Positions 23,956 to 35,393 of a DNA stretch of 64,000 nucleotides are shown in pieces (position 1 is the stretch's first letter; each line of letters starts with the position of its first letter). The notes below the pieces were generated by a model. That model was not told where the DNA came from. It searched no databases and was given only the letters and a program-made list of their open reading frames with translations. The translations under genes were made by a program, and so were the position numbers. Source of the DNA: Opitutales bacterium (GTDB lineage Bacteria; Verrucomicrobiota; Verrucomicrobiia; Opitutales; UBA2987); NCBI GenBank assembly GCA_965226885.1, contig CBDDEL010000017.1, positions 160,001 to 224,000 of the forward strand. Direction: 5' to 3'.

Positions 23956-24027
23956 ACCCCTCACACATAGCCCTGCCAATGGTTAAATCTCCATTACAGG
24001 GGTCTTGGGCAGGCGCCTGGGATGTGG

Positions 24028-25174
24028 TCAGGTTGTTTGTTCATAGGAACCATCGGCTCTTTTGATTAGAAGTTTTTTTAGTTCGAGCATCATGAGGGCG
24101 GCGGTGACTTCGTTCAGGGGCAGGCCAGTGATTTCATTGACGACATCAGGGTAAAGAATGGAGCCGTCGGCGAAACATTGGGCAACGGTCATTTCAGTTT
24201 CGCCTAGATTGTCGGGTAGGTATTTTTTCGGAGAAGGTTCTTTAACCCCGCTGGCGGAGGATTCGAGGTCGAAGTGCATTTGACCGGTGTAGCGCAGTTC
24301 CTCGACCAGATCGTCCACCGAGGAGAGCAGTAGTTGCGCCATCCCTGATCAGGCGATTGCAGCCCCGGCTGGCCGCCTGGTCGATGCGCCCGGGCACGGC
24401 GAAAAGGAAGCGCCCGTGCTCTCCGGCAAATCTGGCCGTGATCATGCTGCCGCCTTTGAGGTCGCTTTCCCCCACGATGACCGCCTGGCACATGCCGGAA
24501 ATGAGGCGGTTGCGCATGGGAAAGGTTTGCCGGTCGGCGCGTCGTCCGAAGGAAAACTCGGAAATAACGGCCCCGGCTCCCGGTTGAGCAATGCTCCTAT
24601 AAAGTTCAAGATTTTCCGGAGGGTAAATGATATCCAGGCCGCAGCCCATAATGGCCACCTTTTTGCCCCCGGCATCAAGGGCGCCTTGGTGGGCTTCGCT
24701 ATCTATTCCGCGGGCAAACCCGCTGACCACGCAAAATCCCAACCGGATTAAATCACCTGCCAGTCGTGCGGCCACCGAACGGCCGTAGAGTGTGGGCCGC
24801 CTGGTTCCCACAATGGCTGCAAAAGTGGTATTTAAAAGGGTGTCGCCCTTGCAATAAAGCCCGATTGGAGGGTCATAAATTTCCCGCAGCAGGGCCGGAT
24901 ACTCCTCGTCATTAATGGTTATGAAACGGGCGCCATGTTTTTGCAGCAAGTTTTCTTCCCGCGAGAGGTCGAAATGCAGGGGCCAGTCGAGAATCGCGCG
25001 GGAAGATTTCTGACCGATTCCTTCAACTTCGAGGAGGGATTTTTGGCCGGCTTTGAATATTGCCAGGGCCCCGCCCCCAAATCGTTTGAGCAACCGGGTT
25101 GTGGAAACCGGCCCGATTCCAGGCAGCCCGCTAAGAATCATGAGTGCCTGCCGTTCGTTCAAAATTTTACTCAT
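24028..25174 (-). pseudogene. dprA: DNA-processing protein DprA with a frameshift near 24335
   Basis: AIVGTR, VSGFARGID, FPMRNRLISG; the winged-helix C-terminus (LMMLELKKL) is in another frame. Confidence 0.85.
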
Positions 25175-26732
25175 TCCGCAGCACCGCGCTCAGATAATCG
25201 ATCATGTCTGTAGTGGCAACGGCTGTGGGGCCTTTGCAGCGAGCTAGGGCGTCGGCGGCCAAACCGTGCCAGACAACTGCCCGGCAGGCCGCTTCGAATG
25301 GGTTCGCCCCGGGAAAAGCCAGACGGCTTCCGGCCAGACCGCTGAGTATGTCTCCGCTGCCGCCCCTGGCCAGAATGGGCCCCCCGAATGGGCTCACCAT
25401 GATCCGGGAGCCGTCGCAAATGCGGCTCAGGGGGCCTTTCAAAATAACAATAACACGGTTATCCCGGCAGAAGTTTAATAGTTCCAATTCGTCGAAATCA
25501 GAATTTTTTTCTTTTCCAGAAATCCGCCTTAATTCGCCCCTGTGGGGAGTCAGGAGCACACTTCCGGCGGAGGGGGGCCTGAGCGCCGCCGAAGCCACCA
25601 CCTCGGGTTGCAGGGCATCGGCATCCAGCGCCAATGGCAGGGGAATTTCCCGCACAACTCGCTGTATCAAGGCATGGGTCTCTTTTTCCCGGCCCATTCC
25701 GGGGCCTGTCAGAAGAGCGGTGGCCCGGCCTATGTTTTTTTCCAATAGGTGAAATCCCTCCAGGGCGAGGCCGCCTTCGGGAGTTTCCGGCCAGGGAACC
25801 CACATGGCCTCCGGGGCGGCGGCGGCAAATTGCGCGGCAACGGATTCGGGCACAAAGGCCGTGAGCAAACCAACGCCGCTTTTCAATGCCGCCCGCACAG
25901 CCATGAGAACCGCTCCGGGCATGGAACGGGAACCGGCCAAAACAAAGAGGTGCCCGTAGGAACGTTTGTCCGTCTGCGCAGGCCTGAGCCCCCCCAGCGG
26001 ATGCAGAACCGAGGGTAGAAGAATGAAATTTTTTCTCTCCTCCGCTTGGCCGCTTTCGAAAAACCCGATGTCGAGATACCTCACACGGCCCGCATGGGAA
26101 GCATTTTCGGGGGCAAAAAGCGGTTCTTTGGCGATTCCCGTAGCATAAGTGAAATCGGCCCGGAAACATTCCTTGGCGGAGACATCCCCCACTCCGCTGG
26201 GCAGATCTACGGCCGCCCGCATCCGGACCGATGGTAAGTGATTGATCCAGGCCACGATGGCGTCGCCGGGCGGTCGAAATGGCGGCTTGAATTGCATCCC
26301 GAAGATGCCGTCGAGGCAAATGTGAAAGGCCGCTTCTTCGGCTCCTATAAACGGTTTTTGAGACCAGGAAATGGTTTCAACCCGTTCTCCGCCCACCCGT
26401 AGAAGGTTGTCCAGGCAGCGATGGGTCAGGGTTTTCAAATCCTTCGAGCCATAAACGAAAAGCAATTTGAGACGGGCGGTGGGATGCTCCTGGAGAATTT
26501 CCTGACAGGCGATGAGAGCGTCTCCGGCATTGTGCCCCTTGCCCAGCAAGGCGAGGACGCGGAGGGGCGCAGGGATGGGCCCGATTTCCCCATAATCGTG
26601 CAAAATGGCCCTTCCCAACGAATGCCCGGCGCGGTTCATGGCATCCCATTCCTTCTCTTCCACCCCGCCCAGAAGGCGGCGCTCGAAATCCATGGCTTGC
26701 TGGCAGGAGAGGATGGGGTGGGCGTGAATCAT
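25167..26732 (-). CDS. nnr: Bifunctional NAD(P)H-hydrate epimerase/dehydratase (NnrE-NnrD)
   Basis: GKGHNAGD, AVDLPSG, GPGMG, DADAL, LTPHRGE, GGSGDILSG. Confidence 0.93.
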   Translation of the reverse strand: MIHAHPILSCQQAMDFERRLLGGVEEKEWDAMNRAGHSLGRAILHDYGEIGPIPAPLRVLALLGKGHNAGDALIACQEILQEHPTARLKLLFVYGSKDLKTLTHRCLDNLLRVGGERVETISWSQKPFIGAEEAAFHICLDGIFGMQFKPPFRPPGDAIVAWINHLPSVRMRAAVDLPSGVGDVSAKECFRADFTYATGIAKEPLFAPENASHAGRVRYLDIGFFESGQAEERKNFILLPSVLHPLGGLRPAQTDKRSYGHLFVLAGSRSMPGAVLMAVRAALKSGVGLLTAFVPESVAAQFAAAAPEAMWVPWPETPEGGLALEGFHLLEKNIGRATALLTGPGMGREKETHALIQRVVREIPLPLALDADALQPEVVASAALRPPSAGSVLLTPHRGELRRISGKEKNSDFDELELLNFCRDNRVIVILKGPLSRICDGSRIMVSPFGGPILARGGSGDILSGLAGSRLAFPGANPFEAACRAVVWHGLAADALARCKGPTAVATTDMIDYLSAVLRNE

Positions 26733-26767
26733 CTAAATTTCACCTGGATGACCGAAGAATGAAACTC

Positions 26768-27535
26768 TCATTCCGCGGTTAAATTCATGCGCTGTTTCAT
26801 TTCCCGCACGGCTTCCTTGATTCCGTAATATAAGGCCCGGCTCATTATGCTATGGCCGATGTTGAGTTCATACAGCTGGGGCAATTGCCGGATTTCGGCG
26901 ATATTTATGTAATTGATGCCATGCCCGGCATTCACCGTGATGCCCAAATCGTGGGCCTGCTCGGCACCTAAGCGCAATTTTTGCAATTCACTGCGGCGAG
27001 CTTCCAAGTCATAATAGGCGTTGGCGTAAGCCCCCGTGTGCAGCTCAATGAAGGGGCTTTTCATCTCCGCCGCAGCCTTGATTTGTTCCGGCTCGGGATC
27101 GATGAACAAACTGGTGGCGATGCCGTTGGCGTTAAATGTTTCGACGATATTGCCCACCCGCTCGCGCTGCCCGTTGACGTCCAGCCCGCCTTCGGTGCTC
27201 ACCTCTTCCCGGCCTTCCGGCACCAGGCAAACGAATTCGGGTTTCACATTGAGCGCGAACCGTACCATATCATCGGTGCAGGCCATTTCAAGATTGAGTC
27301 GGGTTTGTATGCACTCGCGCAGCCGCCGCACATCGCTTTCCTGAATATGACGGCGATCCTCGCGCAGGTGAACGGTTATTCCGTCCACCCCGGCGCGTTC
27401 AGCGGACAAGGCCAGAGCAACGGAGTCGGGCTCGACCATCTGCCCGCAATCCCGCCCGGCGTCCCGGTAGCGGGCCTGGCGCAGAGTTGCGCAATGGTCG
27501 ATATTAAGCCCCAGCAATATTGTATTTGAAGACAT
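26768..27535 (-). CDS. pdxJ: Pyridoxine 5'-phosphate synthase
   Basis: LGLNIDHCATLRQAR, HLREDRRHI, ELHTG, NAGHG, ELNIGH. Confidence 0.97.
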   Translation of the reverse strand: MSSNTILLGLNIDHCATLRQARYRDAGRDCGQMVEPDSVALALSAERAGVDGITVHLREDRRHIQESDVRRLRECIQTRLNLEMACTDDMVRFALNVKPEFVCLVPEGREEVSTEGGLDVNGQRERVGNIVETFNANGIATSLFIDPEPEQIKAAAEMKSPFIELHTGAYANAYYDLEARRSELQKLRLGAEQAHDLGITVNAGHGINYINIAEIRQLPQLYELNIGHSIMSRALYYGIKEAVREMKQRMNLTAE

Positions 27536-27554
27536 GACAAGTGAAGAATGCCTA

Positions 27555-29142
27555 GCCCGGAAATTTCATAAAAAAAGTATCGCTGATATGCTTATCTGCT
27601 GATATACAGCAGGATAGATTAAACATTAAAGCAATATCAGCGATGACAAAAAGTAAACAATTAGAACTACAGTTGACAAGGGTAAAAGGCCGCCGTGTGC
27701 GGGTTGATTTTAAGGGCGGTGAGGTTACTTCGGATGCCGGGCTGCTTTTGATCCGGGAAGTGGATCGGCGGTTGGGCTTGACCGAGCAAGCGGCCCGGCA
27801 ATTAGTAGACAAACGGCAGAAGGGCAAAGTGCGCCATGAGATGCTGGCCATGATCCGGCAGCGCGTTTACGGGCTGGGGGCGGGCTATGAGGATTTGAAC
27901 GACTTTGACACCCTGCGCCGCGATCCTTTGTTGCAAACGGTAACGGGGCGCACTGAAGCGTTGGCCAGCGCGCCGACTTTGTGTCGTTTTGAAAACGGGC
28001 AGGATCGGCGGGCAGCCTTTGCCCTGAACGAGTTGCTGGTCGAACAGTTCATGGGATCCTTTGCCGAGGAACCCGAAGAGATCATCCTGGACTTTGACGC
28101 CACCGACAATCCGGTGCACGGGCTCCAGGAGGGACGTTTTTTCCACGGTTATTATGATCATTACTGTTTTTTGCCGCTGTATGTGTTTTTTGCCGCTGTA
28201 TGTTTTTTGCGGCGATCAGCTTCTGGTGGCCTACCTGCGGCCCAGCAAGATCGATGCGAGCAAGCATGCCGGGGCCATCCTCAAATTGCTGGTTAAACGG
28301 ATTCGCCAAAGCTGGCCCCATACGCGGATTATTTGGCGTGCCGACAGCGGATTCTGCCGGGATCGGATTCTCTCGTGGTGCGAGCGCAACGAGGTCTATT
28401 TTATAGTGGGAACGGCCCGCCATGCACGCTTGCAGCAAGCGGCCCGGCAGTTGCAGGAGCAAGCCAAACAATGGTTCGAGGGTAGCGGCAAAAAGCAACG
28501 GCTGTTTCAGCACTTCGAGTATGGGGCAAAATCGTGGCGGCGCCAACGCCTTATCATCCACAAAGCCGAACACACCGCACAGGGGTCCAACCCGCGCTTC
28601 GTGGTGACGAACCTGCAGGGCGATCCCCAAGAGCTTTACGACAAAGTATACTGTGGCCGCGGTGAGATGGAGAACCGGATCAAGGAACAGATGCAATTGT
28701 TCAGCGAACGCACCAGCGCGCATAAATGGTGGGCCAACCAGTGGCGATTGCTCTTGTCGGGGCTGGCCTACACCTTGATGGAAGCCTTGCGCCGGTTCGC
28801 ATTAAAAGGGACGAAGTGGGCGCGGCTCCAATGCCACAGTCTACGGCTAAAATTAATCAAGATCGGAGCGGTAATCGTGCGCAACACCCGAACGATTCAC
28901 TTTCATCTAAGTGAAAGTTATCCATGGGCCAGTCTTTTCAACCATGCGGCCCGCCGGTTGGTGCCAACCTAAAGGGCGCATTGGCGCTGCCCCCGGCGCT
29001 ACCGAACCAATGGGGGAAAGGGGGAAGTGTCTCTACACCCTGAAAAACACCTCAAAATCAAGACGATCCGCCCAAAATACAAAGAAATCCATCTCCAATA
29101 GCAATAACGAGCCAAACTTTACCCTTCATGAAATATCCGGGC
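27555..29142 (+). mobile_element. IS1380-family element, subtype B, copy 6 (frameshifted by a 19-bp duplication)
   Basis: 1588 bp = 1569 + 19; tgttttttgccgctgtatg twice at 28165-28202. Confidence 0.95.
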
Positions 29143-29164
29143 TAGCTGATCCCGTTCCGTTTGT

Positions 29165-29932
29165 CTAATCCAAATTAACGGCTTCCAGAGGAAGGCCGGT
29201 TTGCTCTGGAGTGGACTCGTGGGCAAAAATATTTCGTAAAAAAAAAGGCCTGTGTTCCGCCGTCCGTCCAACCCGTAAAATAGCCGAGCGATGTTCAGAA
29301 GTGCCGTAGCCTTTGTTGCGGGCGAACCCGTAGCCGGGATAGGTGAGTTCCATTTCCCGCATGATTTCATCCCTCGTCACCTTGGCCAGAATGGAGGCCA
29401 GGGCAATGGCCAGCGATTTACCGTCGCCTTTGACGATCGCCTTGTGTGCATAGGGAAACGGTCTCAGAGGCTTGCCATCGATCAAGATCAGGCTGAAAAT
29501 TCTATCTTCCCGGCTTGTTTTCTCGAACAGGGGATTGTTGGCGCTTTTCAAAGGCAAAGACAGGTCAGTTTGGGCCGTTTTGATAATCGCTTCAAGGGCT
29601 CGGCGCATGGCCAGTCGAGTGGCCCCGAGAATGTTGTAAGCGTTGATCTCGGCTACGCTGGCCAAACCGGTTTCGGCGTGCAATTTGCCGGATTTTTTCA
29701 GGTTTTGAATTTCCTCGAAAATAAATTCCCGTTGCGGCTCATCGAGTTTTTTCGAGTCGTCGACGGCATCAGCCCGCATTTCACACCATGAGCTTTGTAG
29801 GAATTGATGTTGCAAACACACCGCGCCCGCCACCACCGGCCCCGCCAGGCAGCCGCGCCCGGCTTCATCGACCCCCACCAGCCGCTCACAACCGGCAATA
29901 TGCTCAAGGTCGAATCGGCGCAGGGAATTCAT
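29165..29932 (-). CDS. rnhB: Ribonuclease HII
   Basis: GVDEAGRG.LAGPVV, DSKKL, KGD, AKVTRD, KGYGT. Confidence 0.95.
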   Translation of the reverse strand: MNSLRRFDLEHIAGCERLVGVDEAGRGCLAGPVVAGAVCLQHQFLQSSWCEMRADAVDDSKKLDEPQREFIFEEIQNLKKSGKLHAETGLASVAEINAYNILGATRLAMRRALEAIIKTAQTDLSLPLKSANNPLFEKTSREDRIFSLILIDGKPLRPFPYAHKAIVKGDGKSLAIALASILAKVTRDEIMREMELTYPGYGFARNKGYGTSEHRSAILRVGRTAEHRPFFLRNIFAHESTPEQTGLPLEAVNLD

Positions 29933-29957
29933 TTTGAGGGGGGCCGGAAAACACGAT

Positions 29958-30944
29958 TTAATATTTAACCCAGGTCTTTTTTACCGGGACCGGTAAACCG
30001 AGAACTTCGTAGGAGATTTTGAAATGGAGCTTGGCAAAATCTCCCAAAGCATCGGGACCGAGCTGCCCGATCAACTTGCCCGCCTGGGCTTTGACCAGTG
30101 CGCCGGCCCCTTTTTTCAATTCTTCCCCAAAGTTTTTGGACAATTTCTGCATTTGCCGGACGAACTCGGCCCGGGCCACGATGGAAGCCGCCGCCACCAC
30201 CGGGTCGGACTCCGCGTGGGTCCGCATTTGCAGGTCGAATTTCACGCCATTTTCCTTCAGGACCTTTTGCACCAGGGGCTGCTTGCTGAACTGGTCCAGC
30301 ATACCCCAGGGAACCTCCTTTTTTTGCAGAGCTTCCTCCAGAGCCCGGGCGTGCAGCCAGGCCATCAACTTGTTTAGGTTGGCCTGTGGTCGGGACATCA
30401 GTTGGTTGTATTTGGTCATGCCGCAGAATGCCGTTTTGACGACAACGCCCCTGGTTCGCCGGATTATTTTATCGAGTCGCAATATCTGTGAATCGGATAA
30501 CCTTTTGCTGTCCCGGACACCCTCTTCCATCCATTTGCCGACGATATCACCATCCACGATGACAGTAGCGCAAACGACCGGCCCAAAAAGATCGCCCTTG
30601 CCCGCTTCGTCGAGACCGGCATGAGCTTCGAACCACTCGGGATGATGCACCTCGTCATAGCCCAGGCGGGGATCGCCGGTAATTTCCGTTTCCAGCACAT
30701 CACGCACGAAATCCTCCGTGCCTTTACCCGAGATGACAAGCTTTCCACTCTTATAACCGACCACATTGACCTTCAACATTTTGTTTTTGAAGGCATAGCG
30801 GGCGTAATCGACGGCGTAAAATTCCCACAAACGAAAATCGCAATAAGCTTTCAATTTTTCCATCTGGTCATCGTCCAGTGCGATGGTGTAAAGAGTGATT
30901 TTTTTGGGACCTTCGTCGTCGGAATACTTTGCTTTTTTGGCCAT
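29958..30944 (-). CDS. rnhC: Ribonuclease HIII
   Basis: TBP-like N-domain (YKSGKLVISGKG), GLDEAGKGDLFGP, DQF, VAAASIVAR, AKLHF. Confidence 0.93.
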   Translation of the reverse strand: MAKKAKYSDDEGPKKITLYTIALDDDQMEKLKAYCDFRLWEFYAVDYARYAFKNKMLKVNVVGYKSGKLVISGKGTEDFVRDVLETEITGDPRLGYDEVHHPEWFEAHAGLDEAGKGDLFGPVVCATVIVDGDIVGKWMEEGVRDSKRLSDSQILRLDKIIRRTRGVVVKTAFCGMTKYNQLMSRPQANLNKLMAWLHARALEEALQKKEVPWGMLDQFSKQPLVQKVLKENGVKFDLQMRTHAESDPVVAAASIVARAEFVRQMQKLSKNFGEELKKGAGALVKAQAGKLIGQLGPDALGDFAKLHFKISYEVLGLPVPVKKTWVKY

Positions 30945-31009
30945 TGCAGCGCATTAATGCAGATTCCATGCGACGATTCAATCAAGTAACCGGCAATGCC
31001 TGAAATCTT

Positions 31010-32032
31010 GTGAAAAACCTGGCCGCTTTTCGTAGAAAACTGGGAACTTGGTATGATGCCCACGCCAGGAAGCTGCCCTGGCGGCAGCAAGTGAGCCTTT
31101 ATCGCGCCGTGGTCTCCGAGTTCATGTGCCAGCAAACGCGCATCGACACTGCGATTCCCTATTTTCATCGCTGGATGGAGGCGTTTCCGGATTTCAATAC
31201 CCTGGCCGATGCGAATGAGGAAAAAGTTCTCAAGCTCTGGGAGGGGTTGGGTTATTACCGACGCGCGCGCAACCTCCAAGGTTTGGCCATTTCGTTGGTG
31301 AAACTGGAAAAAATGCCCACTTCGGCCGCCCAATGGGAAAAGTTTCCCGGCGTGGGCCAATATACCGCAGCGGCCATCACGAGCATAAGTTTCGGAACCG
31401 CCGCCGCCTGCGTGGATGGCAATGTGGTCCGCCTCCTGGCACGAATTTACAATGTGCAAAAGGAGTTTAAAAATAGTTCTGAGGCGGCCGGATATTTTCG
31501 GGAAAAAGCGGAACGGCTTCTCGATGGCCAAAACCCCGGACGGCACAACCAGGCAATGATGGAGTTGGGCGCCATCGTTTGCCTGAAAACCCGTCCCAGA
31601 TGCTCGCAATGCCCTGTCGCCTCTTATTGCCAGGCTAGACAGGCGGGAACAGAGGAATCATTGCCGCATTTTCGCTCCCGTAAAACTTCCGCCGTCAATG
31701 TCACCCGGCTATGGGCGCGGATGGGCGATGCCCTGCTTTTGCACCGAATTCCCCCCAACGGTCCCCGGCTGGCAAACCTCTTTGAACTGCCACCGGTCGA
31801 GAATCTACTGCTCAATGGATGTGAAAAAACATTAATCAAACAGGCCAAGCGTTCCATCGGCAATCAAAGGATAACGGAACGCATATACAGCATAGATCCA
31901 GACCGGAATTTGCCGGGTAAAATCGGGAAAAATTCCGACTTGAAATGGATTTCATTGGACGCCTTGGATACGATTACCCTCTCCGGGCCGCACCGCCGAT
32001 GGATAAAGGAAATTCTGAAAAAGGACGCTTAG
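31010..32032 (+). CDS. mutY: A/G-specific adenine glycosylase
   Basis: VSEFMCQQT, WEGLGYYRRA, PGVGQYTA, VDGNV, FES cluster C..RPRCSQCP..C. Confidence 0.93.
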   Translation: MKNLAAFRRKLGTWYDAHARKLPWRQQVSLYRAVVSEFMCQQTRIDTAIPYFHRWMEAFPDFNTLADANEEKVLKLWEGLGYYRRARNLQGLAISLVKLEKMPTSAAQWEKFPGVGQYTAAAITSISFGTAAACVDGNVVRLLARIYNVQKEFKNSSEAAGYFREKAERLLDGQNPGRHNQAMMELGAIVCLKTRPRCSQCPVASYCQARQAGTEESLPHFRSRKTSAVNVTRLWARMGDALLLHRIPPNGPRLANLFELPPVENLLLNGCEKTLIKQAKRSIGNQRITERIYSIDPDRNLPGKIGKNSDLKWISLDALDTITLSGPHRRWIKEILKKDA

Positions 32033-32068
32033 GTCGTGTTTTTAAAATCCAAATGAAGAGTAGATATT

Positions 32069-32581
32069 ATGCCAATTGAAGCTATTATTGGTGATTACGG
32101 AACTTTTGTTTCCGGTTTATCGCAGAAACTATATACCGTTGGCATAAATATCAGCAGCATGGAACTCAGCCATATCGCCTACCGCACGGAAACCATTGAA
32201 GAATACGAAGTGCTGCGAGATCAAATCGCAGCGTATTGTATCGGAAATGTTGAAAATGTATGGAATGGCCGCCCAATATCAAAGTTGCTGCTTCGAGAAC
32301 CCTTAGTCCTCAAAGGCGGATTTGAAGTTTCTCTGATCGAACTTATTCCACCGGTTCATCAACGGCATTATCCGATGGGGATGGAACATATAGGCGTTGT
32401 TATTGGAAAAACATTTGAGAAATTTAAAGAACAGCACAAAGAAATTATAACCGGGCAACAAGACCAGGGGCCGTTTTGCTATCCCGTCTATATTACATTT
32501 GAAAATAACACTACCGTAAAATTCTATCGCTACTCACTTAAAGACGTGGTGGAAAAGGAAGGGCGAAGTTTTGTCGCTTAA
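32069..32581 (+). CDS. VOC-family YecM-like protein
   Basis: SHIAYR, NGRPI, IELIPP, GMEHI, VKF. Confidence 0.75.
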   Translation: MPIEAIIGDYGTFVSGLSQKLYTVGINISSMELSHIAYRTETIEEYEVLRDQIAAYCIGNVENVWNGRPISKLLLREPLVLKGGFEVSLIELIPPVHQRHYPMGMEHIGVVIGKTFEKFKEQHKEIITGQQDQGPFCYPVYITFENNTTVKFYRYSLKDVVEKEGRSFVA

Positions 32582-32607
32582 TCAGGGTAACGTACCAATT
32601 TCCACAT

Positions 32608-35387
32608 TCATTTGCTCATCTCAACCGTCCAGTCGGTCCCGGCTTTAATCTTGGAGGCGATGGCAAAATGCCCCTGTTTGATTGCGGCGCTCATGTTGCC
32701 TCCTGCATTGACGAAGAGGAGTGGTTCACCCAACGGCACATCGCCAAACGATCTTACATAGAGGCTGTCCCAAAAGGGTGATTTTTGCGAGGGCTTTTGA
32801 TAGGCGCTCATTTTAGAGGTATTTGCATTTGGGAGAGTATCAACTTTGCTCTCCTATGACGTTAGGATACTGGTTTTGGGGTCCGGTTGCCTGGTTTTCT
32901 TTGTATGAGCCGACAGTAAGGCTGTGAAAAAGTATTGTCCTTGCTTTTCCGCTCTCTAGGTAGGCCGCCGCTTTGGTTTTTAGTTCGTCTTGCTGGGCCA
33001 GCATCTTGGCTACTTTCCATAGGTTGTGCGAGAGTACCGACCAGGCTACGCTGATCGAGCGGTTGGCAAAGCCTTTGCTGCGCAACCGCCCGGCCTGCCA
33101 GCGATTCTTCAATACCCCGATCCGCCCTTCGGTGCTGGCCCGGCGCTTTTGCAATTGTCTGAACAGTGGCTCCTCCATCCGTTTTTTCAACTGCTTCGGA
33201 TCGCGTGGACAGAGCGCGTCGTAGATTCCCTCCTGGGCTAACTGCCGGCGGGCCCGCTGGGAGGCAAATCCCCGGTCCGCGCACATGGCCGCTATGGGTT
33301 CTTCCAGGTTGAAGCGGTTCTGTCTTTGCAAACTCTCTTGCATTTGTTCATTTTCGCTTGGAGTTCGGCTGCCGTAGAGTTTCCAGTCCAGCAGGTACCC
33401 TTCAACGCTTTCTCCCAAAAACAGGGTGTTGCCGAACTCGACCTCTTGGCCCGCTTTACCTCGCACAATCACCTGCCCATCGAGTTCGTAAACACTCAAG
33501 ACTTTCTCTGCGTTTTTCACCTGGCGGCCGCCAATGATCCGCTCGTGCGCCTGTTTGATGACCACCGGGATTTGCTCGCTCATGCGCTCCATCCGGGCGA
33601 GGATCTGTTGGACCTGTTTTTCGCTGTAATCGCTTTGCTCCCAGCAGGCTTGCAATAATTCCCGGTGACTGCGGGCATGCTCCCCGATCCGTTTGAGCAG
33701 CTTTTTCATCTGCCTCAAGATACCCTTGCGCTGCCGCGCGCTGTCCTTTCGCCGCCGGCTGTGGGTCATCTGTATGCACAGCCGATTCATCTGCCGAGCC
33801 AAGGGCTCCGGTTCGATCGGCATGCGATGGCGCAAACCGGCCTTCTCGCGGATCAGCCGGATCGCTTTGAGCAACGTGCCGGCTACATCCTTGAGTAATA
33901 CCCAGTCCGTCGGCCAATGAATGTTAGCCTCCAAACAGGTGCCGTCGATCAGGCAAATGGTGGTGTCAATCGGCTTGTCCAATCCCACCTGCCGGGCCAG
34001 AAGGGCATCGCCCACCACCTCAGTCAAGGTCCGGTGCAAGGCCCTCAACTGCTCTTCGCTGAAAAACTTCGAGGCCCGCTCCAGGGTGCTTTTGGAGATG
34101 CCCCTGATGCCATCGATCTGCCGGACACGGCAAAAGTCGGCCAACAGATCGCTGCTGCCCAGAGCCCGCGACAAATGCCGAAACGAAATCCCTCCGAGCA
34201 GACGGCCCAGCGTATCCATGCGCAGTGCCTTGATGGCAAAACTGGCCCGCTGCCGCCGGGCCTTTAGACCCATTGGCTGCCACCCCTCCAAGGCCAGCTC
34301 AATGGCCTGCGATTCCACCTCCGAGTCGATCAGCAGCCGATCGATTCGATCAATGGTGGCGCGGAAGTTATCGTAATCGAGGCACCGGTCGACCACAGTT
34401 AAAGCTGGACGCAGGAGGCATTGGATGGCTATATTTTTCATAGAAAGGGCTATATTGATTTTCGCTAACTCAATTATAGAACCCTTTTTTGGCCGGATCG
34501 AGCAAAAACTTGCTCTTTCCGGCTCTTTTTATCAACGTCATCCAGTTGACTATAAAATCTTTATATTTTTGGGACAGCCTCTACATAAGGAAGTTTACCC
34601 TCCCAGACAAGTTCTCCCCCATGGCGAAAGCCAATCTTAATCTTGTCTCCATAAGCTGCCTCTAATTGAGCAAATAGATGCCTGTCGATATTGAAAGAGA
34701 TATTGCCCAATCGTCCCGTGCCCCCGATCACCACTCCATGAATGACGCCCTCTTTGAAGGAAGCTACGGGGCGTTCCAACGTGATCACTTTGGGTTCCAT
34801 GAGCGGCCCCACTTCTTCAAATGAAATCACTCCGGCAGCCAGTCGAGCACCGGTATAAGAGTAAACATCACGGCCATGAAATGTGTGCGACCACTCGCTG
34901 CCTTTGATCCGATTGACGGATTCGTCGATTTCCCGTACCGCCTCAATCCCAAGCCGCTTGGCTGGCCCTGAAAGCGTACCGTTATCCGGGCTGACAAAAT
35001 AATGCCCGCTTTTGGTTTTCAATACCACCGATCCACCGATTTACGAGCCGTGCCCACACCGGGATCGACGACGGATACGAATACCGTTCCGGGAGGCCAA
35101 TTCGATGAAGAAAACTCCAGGCTGGAGCTTGCCGCATTGATATTATACAAAGGAATAAGCGGCCTGACCTGAAAAATATCGATCTCCTTGCTCACACTAT
35201 AGGCAACTCCCGCCATCGATAACCCTCCGAAATCCGCCTGTAGAATGAGGGCATTCCTGGCCGATACCGGCAGGAGTAAACAAATTAAGCCGCCGACCGT
35301 GAAAAACGTTTTCTGAATCAGTGCTTGGCTCCAGCGAGAACTGGCTGCCTGGTATGAAATGGTGCTTGGATTTTCATATTTATTCAT
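32608..35387 (-). pseudogene. DUF62 SAM hydroxide adenosyltransferase-family protein, paralog 2 (8-bp duplication plus IS insertion)
   Basis: ADFG, VVDPGVGTAR, PDNG, TFHGRD, RSFGDV; frameshift at 35025-35040; the frame rejoins across the IS (GKLPYV|RSFG). Confidence 0.88.
32761..34581 (-). mobile_element. IS5/ISNCY-like element, 1821 bp (transposase 34441-32840)
   Basis: 15-bp IR GAGGCTGTCCCAAAA, 6-bp TSD tacata; DGTCLEANIHWPTD, RGKAGQEVEFG, ADRGF, RASTEGRIG. Confidence 0.9.
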
Positions 35388-35393
35388 AAGCTT

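Noticed and set aside
4466..34581. The IS5-like end fragment and the full copy are exactly 30,000 bp apart
   Set aside because: Both have sensible junctions, and no mechanism predicts a round number; treated as coincidence.
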